A stretch of 64,000 nt of DNA from Camelus dromedarius (taxonomy: Eukaryota). Below the pieces are notes generated by a model, which did no database searches, had not been told where the DNA came from, and was given only the letters and a program-made list of their open reading frames with translations. A program made the translations under genes and the position numbers. Shown here piece by piece: positions 10,521-23,225 of this stretch. How positions within the stretch are numbered: position 1 is the first letter of the stretch; each line of letters starts with the position of its first letter. Location: NCBI RefSeq assembly GCF_036321535.1, contig NC_087437.1, positions 15,936,001-16,000,000 of the forward strand. The letters run 5' to 3'.

Positions 10521-12839
10521 TGGGCCTCTGATTTAGGAATACCAGTACTCAGCTGGGTCTGTGCACCATCTTTGACGGAGGCACAGCATCTGCTCTTCAT
10601 CAGTACTTCTGACGGGCTGATATTCTTCGAGTTTGGGGTAGTCACAGGGTGAAGCCTTGGTATTTGAACTGTTTCCCAGCTTCAGAGTGGAGCCCTGAAG
10701 CTTCTCTTCCTATTGGGGTGTTAGCCCCGAAAAGAAAAAAAAATTAAATACCCTTTAGCCTATTCCTTTCCAATTCTGCAAAGAATTCTCAGACCCCCTA
10801 ACTTACCAGCTGCGCTGAACTGGCCCCAGAGAAGTGCACAGTCTGCCTGCCTCACCCTGAACACCAGTGCAAACCACGTTCCCCCTGGCTGGCCTCCCCT
10901 CCTTCTGGGCTGCTTTTGTTCCTGGCCCTGCCTCCACTCTCTTCCAACCTGAGGCCTTCCCAATTTTGATCCCTCTGTTTGTTTCTTCCCCCCTCCCTCC
11001 CTAAGTCAGACCTCAGCTAGATGTCACAATCTCAAGGAGCCTTCAGGGACCCCTCATGTGGGCCACGCCTCTATGCTTTGCAAGGCTCTCTGCTGCCCAC
11101 AGTGGGTGAGAATCCCTCTTCTTCTCCGAGTTAAAGGTAGGAATTTCCTTTGATGGGTGAGTCTGGAAGCCGGTCCATTTCCAGGGCTGTTTCATTATCC
11201 GTTTCTCCCCACAACTCTCTCTGCCTCCACTTTCTCTAGCTGCATTTGGGAAGCTGTAATCCCTGGTCACCTGCGAGGGAAAACTGCCTTTTCCTCTTTC
11301 ATTTTTTTTTTAAAGGTCACCTAGTAAATGAGCTCAATGTTGGGACCTCACACGAGGCACTGTGGTCCTAGAGGCCTGTGATTTATGGCGCTGAGACAGT
11401 AGCCCAGCACCTGAGGGCTGGTCCAGGGAGCCAGAGGGCTCCCCGGGGTGAAGATAAAGGCTGGGGATCTGCTCTTGGGCTCTGGCTCCAGAGGAATCTC
11501 TGGTTTTGAGCTGTACGCTTGTGAGAGCTTGGTGGGATGCCTCTGAGGGAGGCAGCCCCACACAGCTCTCTGGGCTGCAAACTCCCCTCTGGTCCCAGCA
11601 CGATGTTGCCTAAGCTTCTAGTCAGTGTGGTGAATGAAAGCTTGTTTGTGTTCTCATTTCCTGAGACAAAGGAGTTAAACCAAGACAAATATCCCGTGAG
11701 TGTTAACTGAGCATCTTCTTGGTGCCAGGCGCTGTCTGAGCCTTGGAGCACAAGCACAGAGTGGTCCTGCCCTAGTGCAGGGATCTTTCCAGGCACTTGA
11801 GCTGCCAAGGTAAATGCCCTCAAAATCCCTTGGGCTCACAGCCTCAGCAGTCACTTCCTACAGGAAATGGAGTGTCTAGAGTCAGATGGGGACAGCGTGG
11901 AGCCTTGTCCCACCCTCTCCACGCTGTGAGCTCCCAGAGGAAAGACCTGTCTTATTCATCCCTCCACCTGCAGTGAGACAGCAGATGGAACAGAATCTCT
12001 CTCTTGCCCGAACACTCAGATCCCATCCCTCCTGACCTACGCTGCCCTGGCCCTGCTCTCATGGCCCCTGAATCCCACTGGTGAGAGATGTGCTTCCAGC
12101 TCTGTCTCGGGATTTCTGTCCCTTGTTTCTCACCAGGGTTTGGAGCTGACCGGTGGCCTCCCCGCTCCCCCTTTCCACTGTCCTTTTCCTAAAGCCTCTC
12201 CACAGTTGGTACTTGTTCCCAAGAGGCATCAGAAGGATGCCTGCCTGGCCAGAAGGGGTGCCGTCCCCTGCCCCCCACTGCCAGGGGGCCGCCAGCAGTT
12301 CTGGCTCTGTGTGTTTGGAAACTACAGCAGCACGGGCTACCGGCTGTCCTTGCTGCCAGTGCGCAGCCTGGGACGCCATCCAGTCTCATCCCGATGCCAG
12401 GCGAGTAAGACCTGGGGAAACAGATATATCTAATCCTGGCCTCGGAGGGGACAGCTAAATTGTCGAGCAGCACACTAATGGGGGCTGCTGACGGCACAGG
12501 TATCTCTGGGTTATAAATGCCCAGCACTGGAGAGCCTCCTAAGTCACGCAGAGGACAACTTTATGATCCAGAAAGTAAAGAACTGGAACAAGATCAGCTT
12601 GTGACAGGGAGCAATTGATCGGGGATGGCAGAGAGCTTGGCCCGGGAGCTCAGAACTCCATAAACTACGGAGCTCGGTGCTTCCCCAGGGGACATGCGCT
12701 GACCGTGGCACAGGGGGCCCAGGAAGCTGTGTGAGAGCTCTGAAGAGCATCTTGGTGATGACCTGGAGCACAGGTGAGGTCCGGGGTCCCCTGCACCACC
12801 CCAGTTTAATTTCCTTACTGCTCTCAGCATGATCTTCCT

Positions 12840-13375
12840 ACAACTCAGTTCTGATCACGAGCCTCTCCCCTATAAAAAAAAGACTTCAATAGCTCCTCTA
12901 GCCCCTTAAGAGCTCGCCCAGACTCCTTAGCATGGCATTTGGGCCCTGCACCATCCTGAGTGTGATGAACTTTCCAGCCACATTTAATTTCCCCAACTGT
13001 GACATAGAGTCTCACCTCTGGGCTTTTGTACAAGCCATTGATTCCTTTTACTTTGAAGGCTGTCCTTCCCCACTTGGGCTCATTTTGATTTCTGTTACTG
13101 ATGCTTCAGGTTTTAGCCCAGATGCCACCTCTTCCATGAAGCCCTCCAGGTTTAGGTCCCCCTTCCATATGCAGTCTGTGCATACCTTGTTGTAGCACTT
13201 TTTACACAATAATGTTTTTGTACTTTTCTCTGTTTGCTTGTCCATCTTGGCTGGGGTGGACAAGGATGGTCTTCTGTTTATGATTTTATCCCCAGAGTGT
13301 GGTGCAGTGTCTGGCACATGGCGGATAGTTGTTGAACAAATGAGTGAATGGATCAATAAATGAATAATATGATCA
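12840..13375 (+). mobile_element. L2 3' region
   Basis: cagatgccacctcttccatgaagccctcc...cagtgtctggcacatggcggatagttgttgaacaaatgagtgaatg. Confidence 0.8.
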
Positions 13376-13724
13376 ATAAATGGAATATCATGAAAGATGG
13401 GGGAAAAAGATGCCCCTCCCAGGGCATCCTCTCTCCCTGTCTGCCCTGCTTCTTCCCCTTCTTCTCAGCAGACTTCTGAGGCCTCGGAGATGGTCATCAC
13501 CGGAGCTCAGGCTGCATCCCCATCTCCTGTTGTTCCTTGCCTGGGAACGGGCTTGCTGTTTATAGTACTTTCAGACTCCTCAGTCCCCCTCCTACAGGAA
13601 GGCCTCCCTGAACCCCTTGTGTGCCTCCCCCAACCTCCAGTGTTCATATTGCTCTTTGCATAGCTATGTGTTAGCCTGTAACTTGTTGCATTTTCATTGT
13701 ATATTTTTTATGTCCCATATTTAA

Positions 13725-14994
13725 ACTTTTTAAATTTGGGGATAATTATAGATTCTTATGCAGTTGTAAGAAATAGTGCAGAGAGATGCATGTGCCCTTC
13801 ATTCAGTTCCCGCCAATGGTAATATCTTGCATAACTCTAGTGCAGTGTCACAATGAGGAAGTTAACATGGAAACAATCCATTGACCTTATTCAGATATCA
13901 CCAATTTTACATGCACTCACGTGTGTGTGTGTGTGTGTATTTAGATCTGTTCATTTCAATCACAGGTATAGAATTGTACGACCATCACCACAGTCAGGAC
14001 ATAGAACAGTTTATCACAAGTGATACCTTTTTATAACCATAGCCAATTCCTTTCTTCCTCCTCCGTTGTTGCTGGCAACCAATCTGTTCTCCATCTTTAT
14101 AATTTTCTCTTTTCAAGAACGCCCTATAAATGGAATTACACATTGTGTAACCTTTAGGGGTTCGCTTTTTTCACTCAACATTCTTCCATTGCAATTCATT
14201 TAAGTTGTGCATAGCAAATATTCTATTTTATTGCTGATTGCTGATTGGTGTTCCGTGGTACTGATATGCACTCAGCTCTCCCTGCCTGCGGGTTCCACAT
14301 CCACAGATTCAACCAACTGCACGTTGAGAATGTTTGGAAACAAACAAATTCCAGGAAATTCCAAAAGGCAAAACTTCAGTCTGCCATGCACCAGCAAATA
14401 TTTACATAACATTTACATAGTATTAGATGTTATAAGTAATCTAGAGATGACAAAGTATAAAGGAGGGTGTGCATATATCATATGCAAATACTCCACCATC
14501 TTCTGTAAGGGAGTTGAGCATCTGTGTATTTTGGTATCCAAGGAGGGGATCCTGGAACCAGTCCTCTGCTGGATGACTAGTCTGTAAGTCTGTTTAACCA
14601 TTCACCTGTTGCGAGACATCTGGGTTGTTTCCAGTTTGGGGCAATTACGAATAAAGCTGCTGTGAACATTCACATACAGGTTTTTGTGTAAACATAGGTT
14701 TTCACTTTTCTACAGATGACCAACAAGCACATGAAAATGTATTCAATATCGTTAGCTGCTGGGGACATACCAATAAAAACCACAGTGAGATGTCACTACA
14801 GACCTCTTAAAATGGCTACAATTAAAAATAGTGATAACATCAAATGCTGGCAAGGATGTGGAGAAACTGCATCCCTCAAGCATTGCCAGAGGGAGTGTAA
14901 AATGGTACAGCCATTCGGGAAAACAGTATCACAGCTTCATACAAAACCATACGTGTGCTTATCATATGACTTAGCAGTTGCACTCCTGGGCATT
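13725..14994 (-). mobile_element. Old L1 (L1MC/MD-like) with 5' inversion; inverted piece 14713-14994 encodes the ORF2 Cys-rich C-terminus
   Basis: Antisense 3' UTR/ORF2 end at 13725-14712, then a sense ORF NKHMK...IKTTVRCH...KCWQGCGE...HC...CKMVQP...DLAVALLGI matching the L1 ORF2 C-terminus. Confidence 0.85.
14269..14584 (-). mobile_element. MER2/MER2B (TcMar-Tigger) nested in the L1
   Basis: gggttccacatccacagattcaaccaac...ttataagtaatctagagatg...ttggtatcc...ggatcctggaacca, ending ctg|TA; L1 sequence resumes on both sides. Confidence 0.85.
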
Positions 14995-15004
14995 GTAATT
15001 GTAT

Positions 15005-16780
15005 TTTAAAGCAAGTTTTTAAAAAATCATATGTAATTCATATCCGTAGTAAAAACGAAAAGAGTAGACATACAAATAAACATAAAGGAAAGAATCTGCA
15101 ATCTTGCCGTAACTACTGCTAATATATTAGTGTATCGTATGTGTGTTTCTTTCATCAAAAATGGTGCCATATACTTGTAGGATTTCTTTTTTTTTTTAAC
15201 ATTACATAGTGTTCCCCTCTCCGTATCATATCAGTGAGTGCCTATGTTATCATGTTAACACTTGCCTTATATTAAATTTGGTAACTTATTTCACTAAACT
15301 GAGACATCTGGGTCATTTTAATTTTCTTCTCCAGCTGGTATAAGCAGTGCTTAATGAAGTTCCTTGTTCACATATTTTTGATAACTTGATGGTATTCTTA
15401 AGATAAATTCCAATAAGCAGAATTTTGGAATTAAATGTTTTCCCATTTTTAAAGCTTTTGACACAATTCCCAGTTGCCATTCAGACACGCTGTACTGATG
15501 TGCCCTTCCTATCCTGAAGGCCCATGAATGACCCCTGACGGTTTCCAACAATGGTCGTTATAATTCTTTTGATTCTATGTTAGCCTGACAGCTGAAAATG
15601 TGAAATCTTACTTATTTTATCTTAGGTTTTTAAATTTGATTGCCAGTTGGACTAAATATTTGCTTGTATTTCTTCTATTGTCAATTGCCTGCTTTTGTTC
15701 TTTATCCACCTTCCTAGTGATTTGCAGGATATGAATCTTTGTCATATATCTTTCATTTTCCCTGAATTTGCAATTAGATTTAGAACTGCATTTTTGCAGC
15801 AACCCTGACAATTTCTATGTAGTTCAGTCTATCAGTTTTTCTCCTAAGTGCTTTTTGCCTTTGGTTCCTTCTTTGAAAGTTCTTCCTCACTCTAAAGTTA
15901 TATAAATATTCATGTGTGTTTTACCATATTACTTTTATGACTCAATTTTTCATTTAAATATTTAATCCAGTAGGGATTCATTTTGGGGATTTGGTATAAA
16001 GTAAAGATTTAACTTTTATAGTAGCTAACTTGAGTCTCTTGTTCCCTGAGTGATCGGCTCTTCCTCCAACTGGAAAGGCCCTTTTCATCACAGCCCGCAT
16101 CCTCCTGTACCTTCAGGTCGATTCTCTGTCATCGAGATGTCTGAAGCCGCCTGATTCAACCTGTGAGCAGCCCGCTTTCTCTCTTTATTATTTTCCAAGA
16201 TGTGTCTAGGGTTTCTTTTCGCTGACTGCTTGGTGAACCCATCTGCCTGTACACACAGGCCTTTATCTTCTTCAGCTCTATAATGTTTTATTACATTATA
16301 GCTTTGATTTCTCTTCTGCTTCATTGGTTGTGGATTCTATTTTAGGAATCCTCATTATCTGCATGTGGTTCTCCATTTTCTGCCAAATCTTTCACCTTCC
16401 ACCATATCATCTGTATTTCTCTTGCATTTGTTTTCTGTGTTACTGACTTGTGTCCGGAAGCTCCATCTTTGCTCTTCCCCGCCTGCCAAGGGGCTCTGTT
16501 TCTGCTATTGCATTTGTAGTTTCCTTGCTATCTTCTCGTTTTCTCTTCCTTTTCATCTCATCCTGCTGACTGCCCCTTCTTGTGACTTCCTGTTCCTCTG
16601 TTTTAGAAACCAAGCTTTCTCGTACACTCCTAAAAAACTACACAATTTCCTGAAGTTTTCTGAATTCTGCCGTATCTCACTTTAGAGGTGTGCTCTTCCT
16701 CTGACTCTACAGAAGGATGTTCTCGTTCTTGTGGTATGTGCTGTGTTCCCTCGTAATTTAAGCAAAATGGATTTTGTTGA
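15005..16780 (-). mobile_element. Ancient L1ME/HAL1-like fragments
   Basis: Decayed antisense L1 motifs such as tattcttaagataaattccaataagcagaattttgg and tttctatgtagttcagtctatcag. Confidence 0.55.
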
Positions 16781-16939
16781 GACTTGGTGAGGTTCTGGAG
16801 ACTGGGTGAGTGGCTTATCCTGGGACTCTGTGTCTGCCTGCTTCCGGGGTGACTTCATTCCCCTCTCATGTCGGCACCCGCTGTGGAGATGGGTGTGTGC
16901 AGGTCCCCGTTCACGTTCTCACACCTAAAATGTTTCCCG

Positions 16940-17058
16940 GGGGAGGGTGTAGCTCAGTGGTAGAGTGTGTCCAAGGTCAATCCTCAGTACTTTTATTAAA
17001 ATAAGTAAATAAATAAAAACCTAGTGACCCCCCCAAAATAAATTAATTAATTATTTTT
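16940..17058 (+). mobile_element. Vic-1-like SINE with internal deletion; 11-bp TSD aatgtttcccg
   Basis: gggagggtgtagctcagtggtagag...aaacctagtgaccccccc; TSD at 16929-16939 and 17059-17069. Confidence 0.85.
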
Positions 17059-20000
17059 AATGTTTCCCGTGATACATCTCTGCTCTGCTTGGATGACGTA
17101 TTCCTTTGACCTGCAGCATCTGGTTCTTTGACTCTTCCAGTCTGATGCGATTTGTGATTTGCGATGCGTGAGAAGCCCAGTTCCCTGCCCGCACCACTTC
17201 CTCACCCTTCCCTGCGCGTGTTCTTCCCCTCAGACCACAGCTCTCAGATGCATGATCTCACTTCTAGGCCATGGGTAACTGTTCTTACTGGCTGATTTCT
17301 GGGAAGGGAAGAGGGGTGGGGTGAAATGGAAGCTTCCTTGACTCCCAGTGTAGCCCAGTCCCTCACTGGCAGTAGCCCTGGGTCTCCGGGGGCAGGGACA
17401 GCAGGTGGGTCTTAATACCTTTCTTCTTAGGCAGTCCTTTGCTGCAGACGGCAGTCAGGACGAGCATGTCCTAAGCTCAGGTGGGTTTTCTCACTCCATC
17501 CCTGGTGCAGAGCCTCCCCCCTCCTCATCCTGACACCCGATTATCTGTCAGTATTAGATTGAGGAAAGGTTGTTGTAAGTATTCAACATTTCTCTGACAT
17601 CATAATAATTTTACTGAAAAATTGGGCACGCCTTGGGCTGCTATCCCCATTTGGAGCCATAAAGTCTTCTTAATATAGTGTGTTAAATCATTTACTTATC
17701 TGTCTACTCCCTCCTCCTTGCCACCTCACCCCCCCCCCCACCCCATTTGTCTGTCAGCTTTTGGAAAGAATTATAATTCACCGCTATATCAACAGTGTCT
17801 AACACGGGGTCTTGTGCGTAGTATTAAATAGATATATATATGTATTTTTAAATTAAACTGGGATGTGATTGCCAAGGAAGGGACTAGAGAAAGATGGAAC
17901 ACTGGGCTTTGAGGGACGTGGCAGCAGCCGGAGGAGGAAGATAAGCCAGTGAGGGGGACAGCAGAGCAGACTCAGGAAGGCTGCGGTGGGAGGGAGGAGG
18001 GGGCCAGGTGGAGTGGTCAGGGATGGCAGAGTTGCCCCGAGGCTGAGAAGGGCGATGAGTAAAGTAGAGGTGATGCCAGGTCAGTCACCGGTGACCTCTC
18101 GTTGCAGAAGCGTGACGGAGACTGTCCCTTCTCTGGTTGCAAGGCTGTGTAGATTGAGGAAGTGGAAGCAGTACCGTGCGGATTTTAAAAGAAAAAGTGA
18201 GGAAGAGGAAAAAAGAGGGCTTGAAGGGAAATCTGCCAGCCAGAAGGGGCTTTTGTTTGGGTTACTGTTGTGGCTGTTGTTGGACCAAGGAAGATCTGAT
18301 CAGCTTTCTATCCTGAGGGAAGGAGAGTGTGACTAGAAAGAGCAATTTGCAAGACAGAGAAGGACTGGGAGAAAGAGCCAGTGTGAGTTGGATCTGAAGA
18401 GGCTGGAATCAGGTGGGTGGAGACGGGGCTGGTTTGAAAACTCTGGGTGGGGGCTGCCGTTCACTGTGGCCCGGAGGCTCCTGGGGCAGGGAGGTGCGGG
18501 GGTCTTGTTGGGTGGGGAAAGGAAGACGGGGCAGTGGTGGAGATACCTTAAGATGCAAGGAGAGAGGGGAGGCTCCCTCTTCTCCTGCCTCCTAGTAAAG
18601 GGGGAGGGACAACGCGCAGGGGAGGGGGAGGGGCAAGGCACCGCCAGGCTGGGTGTAGGAAAAAGGGGAAAGCTGAAAGGGTTGCCCGGCATCCTGCTGG
18701 CCGCACCATGGGAGAGCATCTCACTTCTGGTGGCCTTGTGCCCTGTGCTAACCCTGATTGCCTTTCTAAAGGCTTGAGGAAAGCTCTCAGGAAGTGGCTT
18801 TAAGCCAGGAGGGAGACTCTCCCTGGACCACAGTCTTCTTTTCTTCACTTTTCAGGTGTCGTGGGGTGTTGCTCCTTACTTGTCTCCAGAGGTGGACACA
18901 TGGTAAACCTCTGTGGAGACGCCCTCGTCCTGGGTCCCCTCATCCCCAGACACTGGGCAGCAGTTCTCCTCATGCCCTGTGTCCCTGCCCACCCCTCTCT
19001 GCTAACTTACCTCTCCAAGGACTGACTTGAAGCCCTCAACTGGACTGGCTTAGCACTGTCAGCTGGACCAGAAAGCTGGTTGTGAAATGCCCAGCTCTGA
19101 TCCTGAGCCTGTGAGAGCCTTCTTGGGTTGAAAAACAAGATCTCAATGAATGAATTAATCAATTAATAAGGAAAACATGCCTGAGAACCTTGTGGGTGTC
19201 TGGTACGGGTACCACAGAAGCAATCAGGCCATCATCCTTGTCCCTGAGAGTGTATATATACAGCTCAGTGAAGGAAACACACAGAAACTCACAGGCTTTT
19301 AAACGAAGGGGGACAAGTCACTGAGAGGTAGACAGTCCATTGAAAGGAGAGACAGAGGGATGGATGAAGTGATGTCTAGGGTCCTGTCCCAACCAGGCAG
19401 TTTCATTATAAAGCAGGACCTGCAAATTGCCTTTTCCCCTTTGGTATTCTTCTCACCCTTTCAAACAAAGAATTAACCATACAAAAATAATGCAGTGCAT
19501 TCTAGAACTCCTTTCCCAGTACTGCTCTCCAGAGCACTTGAACCCTGCCCTGGGGTTGCCTTTGTTACAAGGAACTCTTGATGAGAGTAATGCCTGATAC
19601 TGCGTGGTTGTGCGTCGCTGGCCTTCCTTGCATGGCTCTGTACGCACATCAATTACACACATTCGGTATAATTTGTCTTTTTAAAATCACACCTTCTATT
19701 TCACCCCAAGAAGATAAATGGATCCTGCCTCGGTCCCAGTTCCATTGATTTTTCGGTGGTCCTATGGTGAGGCTATTATCAACACTAATCTCAAACCCTG
19801 CTAGGAGCCAGGAAGGCCTTAGAATACAGAGCACCAATTTCGGCAACTTTCACCTTATTTTTCTTTTCACAGGCTTTTGTTCTGACTCCCCTCCTCATCT
19901 CATTTTCAAATATGATTTGATTATCATCCTGTGAGGTCTGTTCCGCTGGCTCTGAGCAGACTCCTTTTGGACAGGTGCAGCCGGGAGGAGGGTGACAGAG

Positions 20001-20794
20001 GCGTCTCCTGATGGGGACTGACCCTCCCTCCTCAGGGCAGGGTGTCCCTGCAGCTTTGACGCCTCACCTGCTGGCCTCCCTTTCTGGCGAGGTGAGGCCG
20101 CATCCTTCACCCTGCCCCTCTCAAAGTTACTTTTCTAGGGAGAGGAAGGAGAAAAGAAGTAACAAGAAGATGGGAATTGGGAAGCTACAAGGCTCTGAGG
20201 AGGCTTTTGACAGTGAGCTCGGTGTTTGAACATGGGCCAGCAGCCTCGACGTTTCCAGGGCTGTCCTGCAGCCTCCCTGCTGTCACTGCCCCCTCCCCCC
20301 ACCAGCTTCTGCTGGGCCCGTGACCAAACTCAGGACCTTAAAAGATCACATGCCAACTAAAAAACATATTGATTCATTTTCAGAAGGCAAAACATTCAGT
20401 TCATGGAAATATTTGTAGCAGGACAAAGGGCAAATAGGAGAGAGGAAGTTTTCCTTGATGGCTGACCCTGGGCCCAGTGGCCTCCTGGGGCACTGCCCTT
20501 ACTGGCTCTGTGGATCCTTCCAGAGACAGTCCATACATCAGGCATGTGCCCAGTTCTCCTGCCACGTCGCTGTCCTTGCTGCTGCTTCTCCTCATCCTCT
20601 TTCCCCTCCTCTCCCTCCTCTCCCTCCTTGCCTCCCCAGACATAACAACATATCTTATAGATGATTCCATATGAAGACTCATAAGCCTGCCTCATCCTAA
20701 AGGTCTGCCCGGTATTCTAATGTGTGGATGTACAGTAACTTACTTAACTAATCTGCTATTAATATTTTGGTTGTTTCCACTCTTTTTTTTAATC

Positions 20795-21400
20795 ATTCAA
20801 AAAGGTGCTGCAGGAAAGAATTGAAAGCAGAGACCCAAACAGATATTTGTGCAGAAATGTTCAGAGCAGAATACTGTATTATTATTCTAGATAATTTAAT
20901 ATATATTATTGTATTAATATGTAATAAAATATTACCTATTCCTCACTGTCACAATAGCCAAAAGGCAGAAACAACCCAAAGGTCCATCAGGAGAGGGATG
21001 GATTAACAAAATGTGGTATATCCATCCAGTGGACTATTATCCAGCCATAAAAATAAATGAAGTGTTGACATGTACAACATGGATGAACCTTGAAAACAGT
21101 ATAAGTGAAAGAAGCCACACAAAGAAGGACATGTTTATGGTTCCATTTATATGAGGTGCCTGCAATAGGCAAATTCATGGAGGTGAAGAGAACAGAGGGT
21201 TGGGGAGGAAGGGAGAGTGGTGAGTTACTGTTCAATGGATACAGAGTTTTATGTTGGGGACAATGAGACTGTTTTAGGTATAGACAGCAGTGGTGGCTGT
21301 GCAATATTGTGAATGTATTTAATGCCACACTTGCAAGTGCTTAAAATGAAAATTATCATGTTATGTATATTTTACCACAATTAAAGAATAATAATAAAAA
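20795..21400 (+). mobile_element. L1 (L1MA/MB-like) ORF2 end and 3' UTR, inserted in an older antisense L1ME
   Basis: cacaatagccaaaagg...aacaaaatgtggtatatcca...atggatgaaccttgaaaa...gtatattttaccacaatt followed by an A-rich tail. Confidence 0.85.
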
Positions 21401-22994
21401 GAAAGATAGGAATATGCTGCTGAAACCTAAAAAATAGAAATGAAAAAGAAAAAAATAACGCTGTAGTGAACATCTCTGTACAACAGGGTGCTCTGTAGGA
21501 ACACAAGGATACCTATGTGACACATTCCCAGACGTGGGGTTACGGAGAGGGAGTGTGTGTGCATTTTAAATTTTGGTATACGATGCCAGATTTTCTTTCA
21601 AAAGATTGTCCTAGGTAATGCTCTGACTCATGAGCTGGGAGGTTGGTTTGATACCAACCACAGTCTGACATCAAACATTTTGATCTTTGTCACCCTGACA
21701 GCCAAACCGTGGTGCCTCGTGTGGATTTCACTTCTATTTCTAGGGGGAGGTTATGCCGCATGGGTGGTGCGTGTCAGAGACTCCACAAATCAGGAGTCAC
21801 CTTGGTCCCAGGTCAAGAGGGAAGCCGATCAGGAGCAGCCTGGAGGCACAAGGAGGGGCTGGGGGGCTGGGTGTGCAGGAAGACTCTCTGGCTCCATTCC
21901 CCTCCGCCCCAGCCTCCCTCTGCGGGCTGCTCCAGCTTTGTCACGTGATTCGTGGAACCACAGAAGGGCCTTGGAAGAGGACCTAACGGGTCCAGCTGCC
22001 TAACACAGCGAGTCCTTGGTGGACTCCCTTCCCTGCGCTGAGAGCCTGGTGACAGGAAGCTCGCTCCTTGATTCTTAGAAAGGTCACCCTCCATCGAATG
22101 CACCTCTTGGTTTTCCACCCCATTATCTGACACCTTCTGAAGAACCAGAATAGGTGTAGTCCTTCTTTTTAGTAGCTCCTGGGCCAGTGACTTGCAGAGA
22201 TAAAGGAAATAAAGCCAATGATGGTGAACGGATCCATGAATAAATGAATTATCTGCAAATTCCAGTCACTAATATCCTTATTACCCTGTGGCTTGCACAA
22301 CAGTAGAGACTCTTGGGAAGGAGCCTCCTCAGTCCAGAGGACAGTGGGCTGGCCTTTTCTGGGATGCAGCCCTGGCCTGCATCAATGCAGAAAGCATGCA
22401 GTCACCTGGCAAGCCTTGGTCTTCTTCACAGGGTGAGCTACAGAGCCAAGCCTCCTTGATTTATAGCATACATTTGTCCTGTCTCCAGATCACCTTCTCT
22501 TGGCTTCAGTCCAGAATTCCAAACCCCCATGATCGGTCTGAGTGAATCTGAACTCACTCACTGGCATTTTAGTCATTTCCTCCAGCTTTCTGTCACTTCC
22601 TGATTTGATATACATTCCGTTAAATAATTTCTCTCCACTTTATGGATTCAAATGTTGATTAGGTCAGGACCAAGGGCAGCGCCAGGTGATGCCATCCCAT
22701 TTCTCAAGGCTGACAAGATACAGTTATTTAACAGAATTATTACTAATGGGATGGCTGAGGTCTCAGCCAACCATCATGTCTATGCTGAAATCATGAGGGG
22801 CTCAGTTGCTCTGCTGATACCAGGATGACTGGGACTGTGGGAAGAGTCCGTAGGGGGCAAATGGGAAATCTACTGTCAGTGCTGGGGGTCTGAACACCAA
22901 GGAGGAAGTAGCTTGTGCAGTGGAAGTCGGGGGCAAAGCACTGGCTTGGTATGTGGAACTGAAAGAAGAGAGAAGGGTGGGTGCCTTCAGACAT

Positions 22995-23225
22995 GTGGGT
23001 ATAATTCAAGAATAGGAATAATAGATCTACACATAGTGCTTACTGTGTGTCGGACACTGTCCTCTGCAAGCGTGAGCTCATTTCATTCTCACACATCCTA
23101 TGAGGCAGGTTGAGGACATGGAAGCACAGAAAATGGTTAAATAATTTACCCTGAGTCATACCTCCGGGGTTTAAAGCCAAGGCTGCTGGCTCCAGAGTGT
23201 GTGCTCTAAACCACTGGACTCTGTA
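22995..23225 (-). mobile_element. MIR
   Basis: tagtgcttactgtgtg...ctcatttcattctcac...cctatgaggcagg...ggaagcacaga. Confidence 0.7.

Noticed and set aside
18856..20091. Plus-strand exon candidates 18856-18902 and 19873-20091 with good polypyrimidine acceptors
   Set aside because: The first has a weak donor (GTAAAC) and the second has stops in all three frames. Neither can be supported as coding; non-coding use is untestable here.
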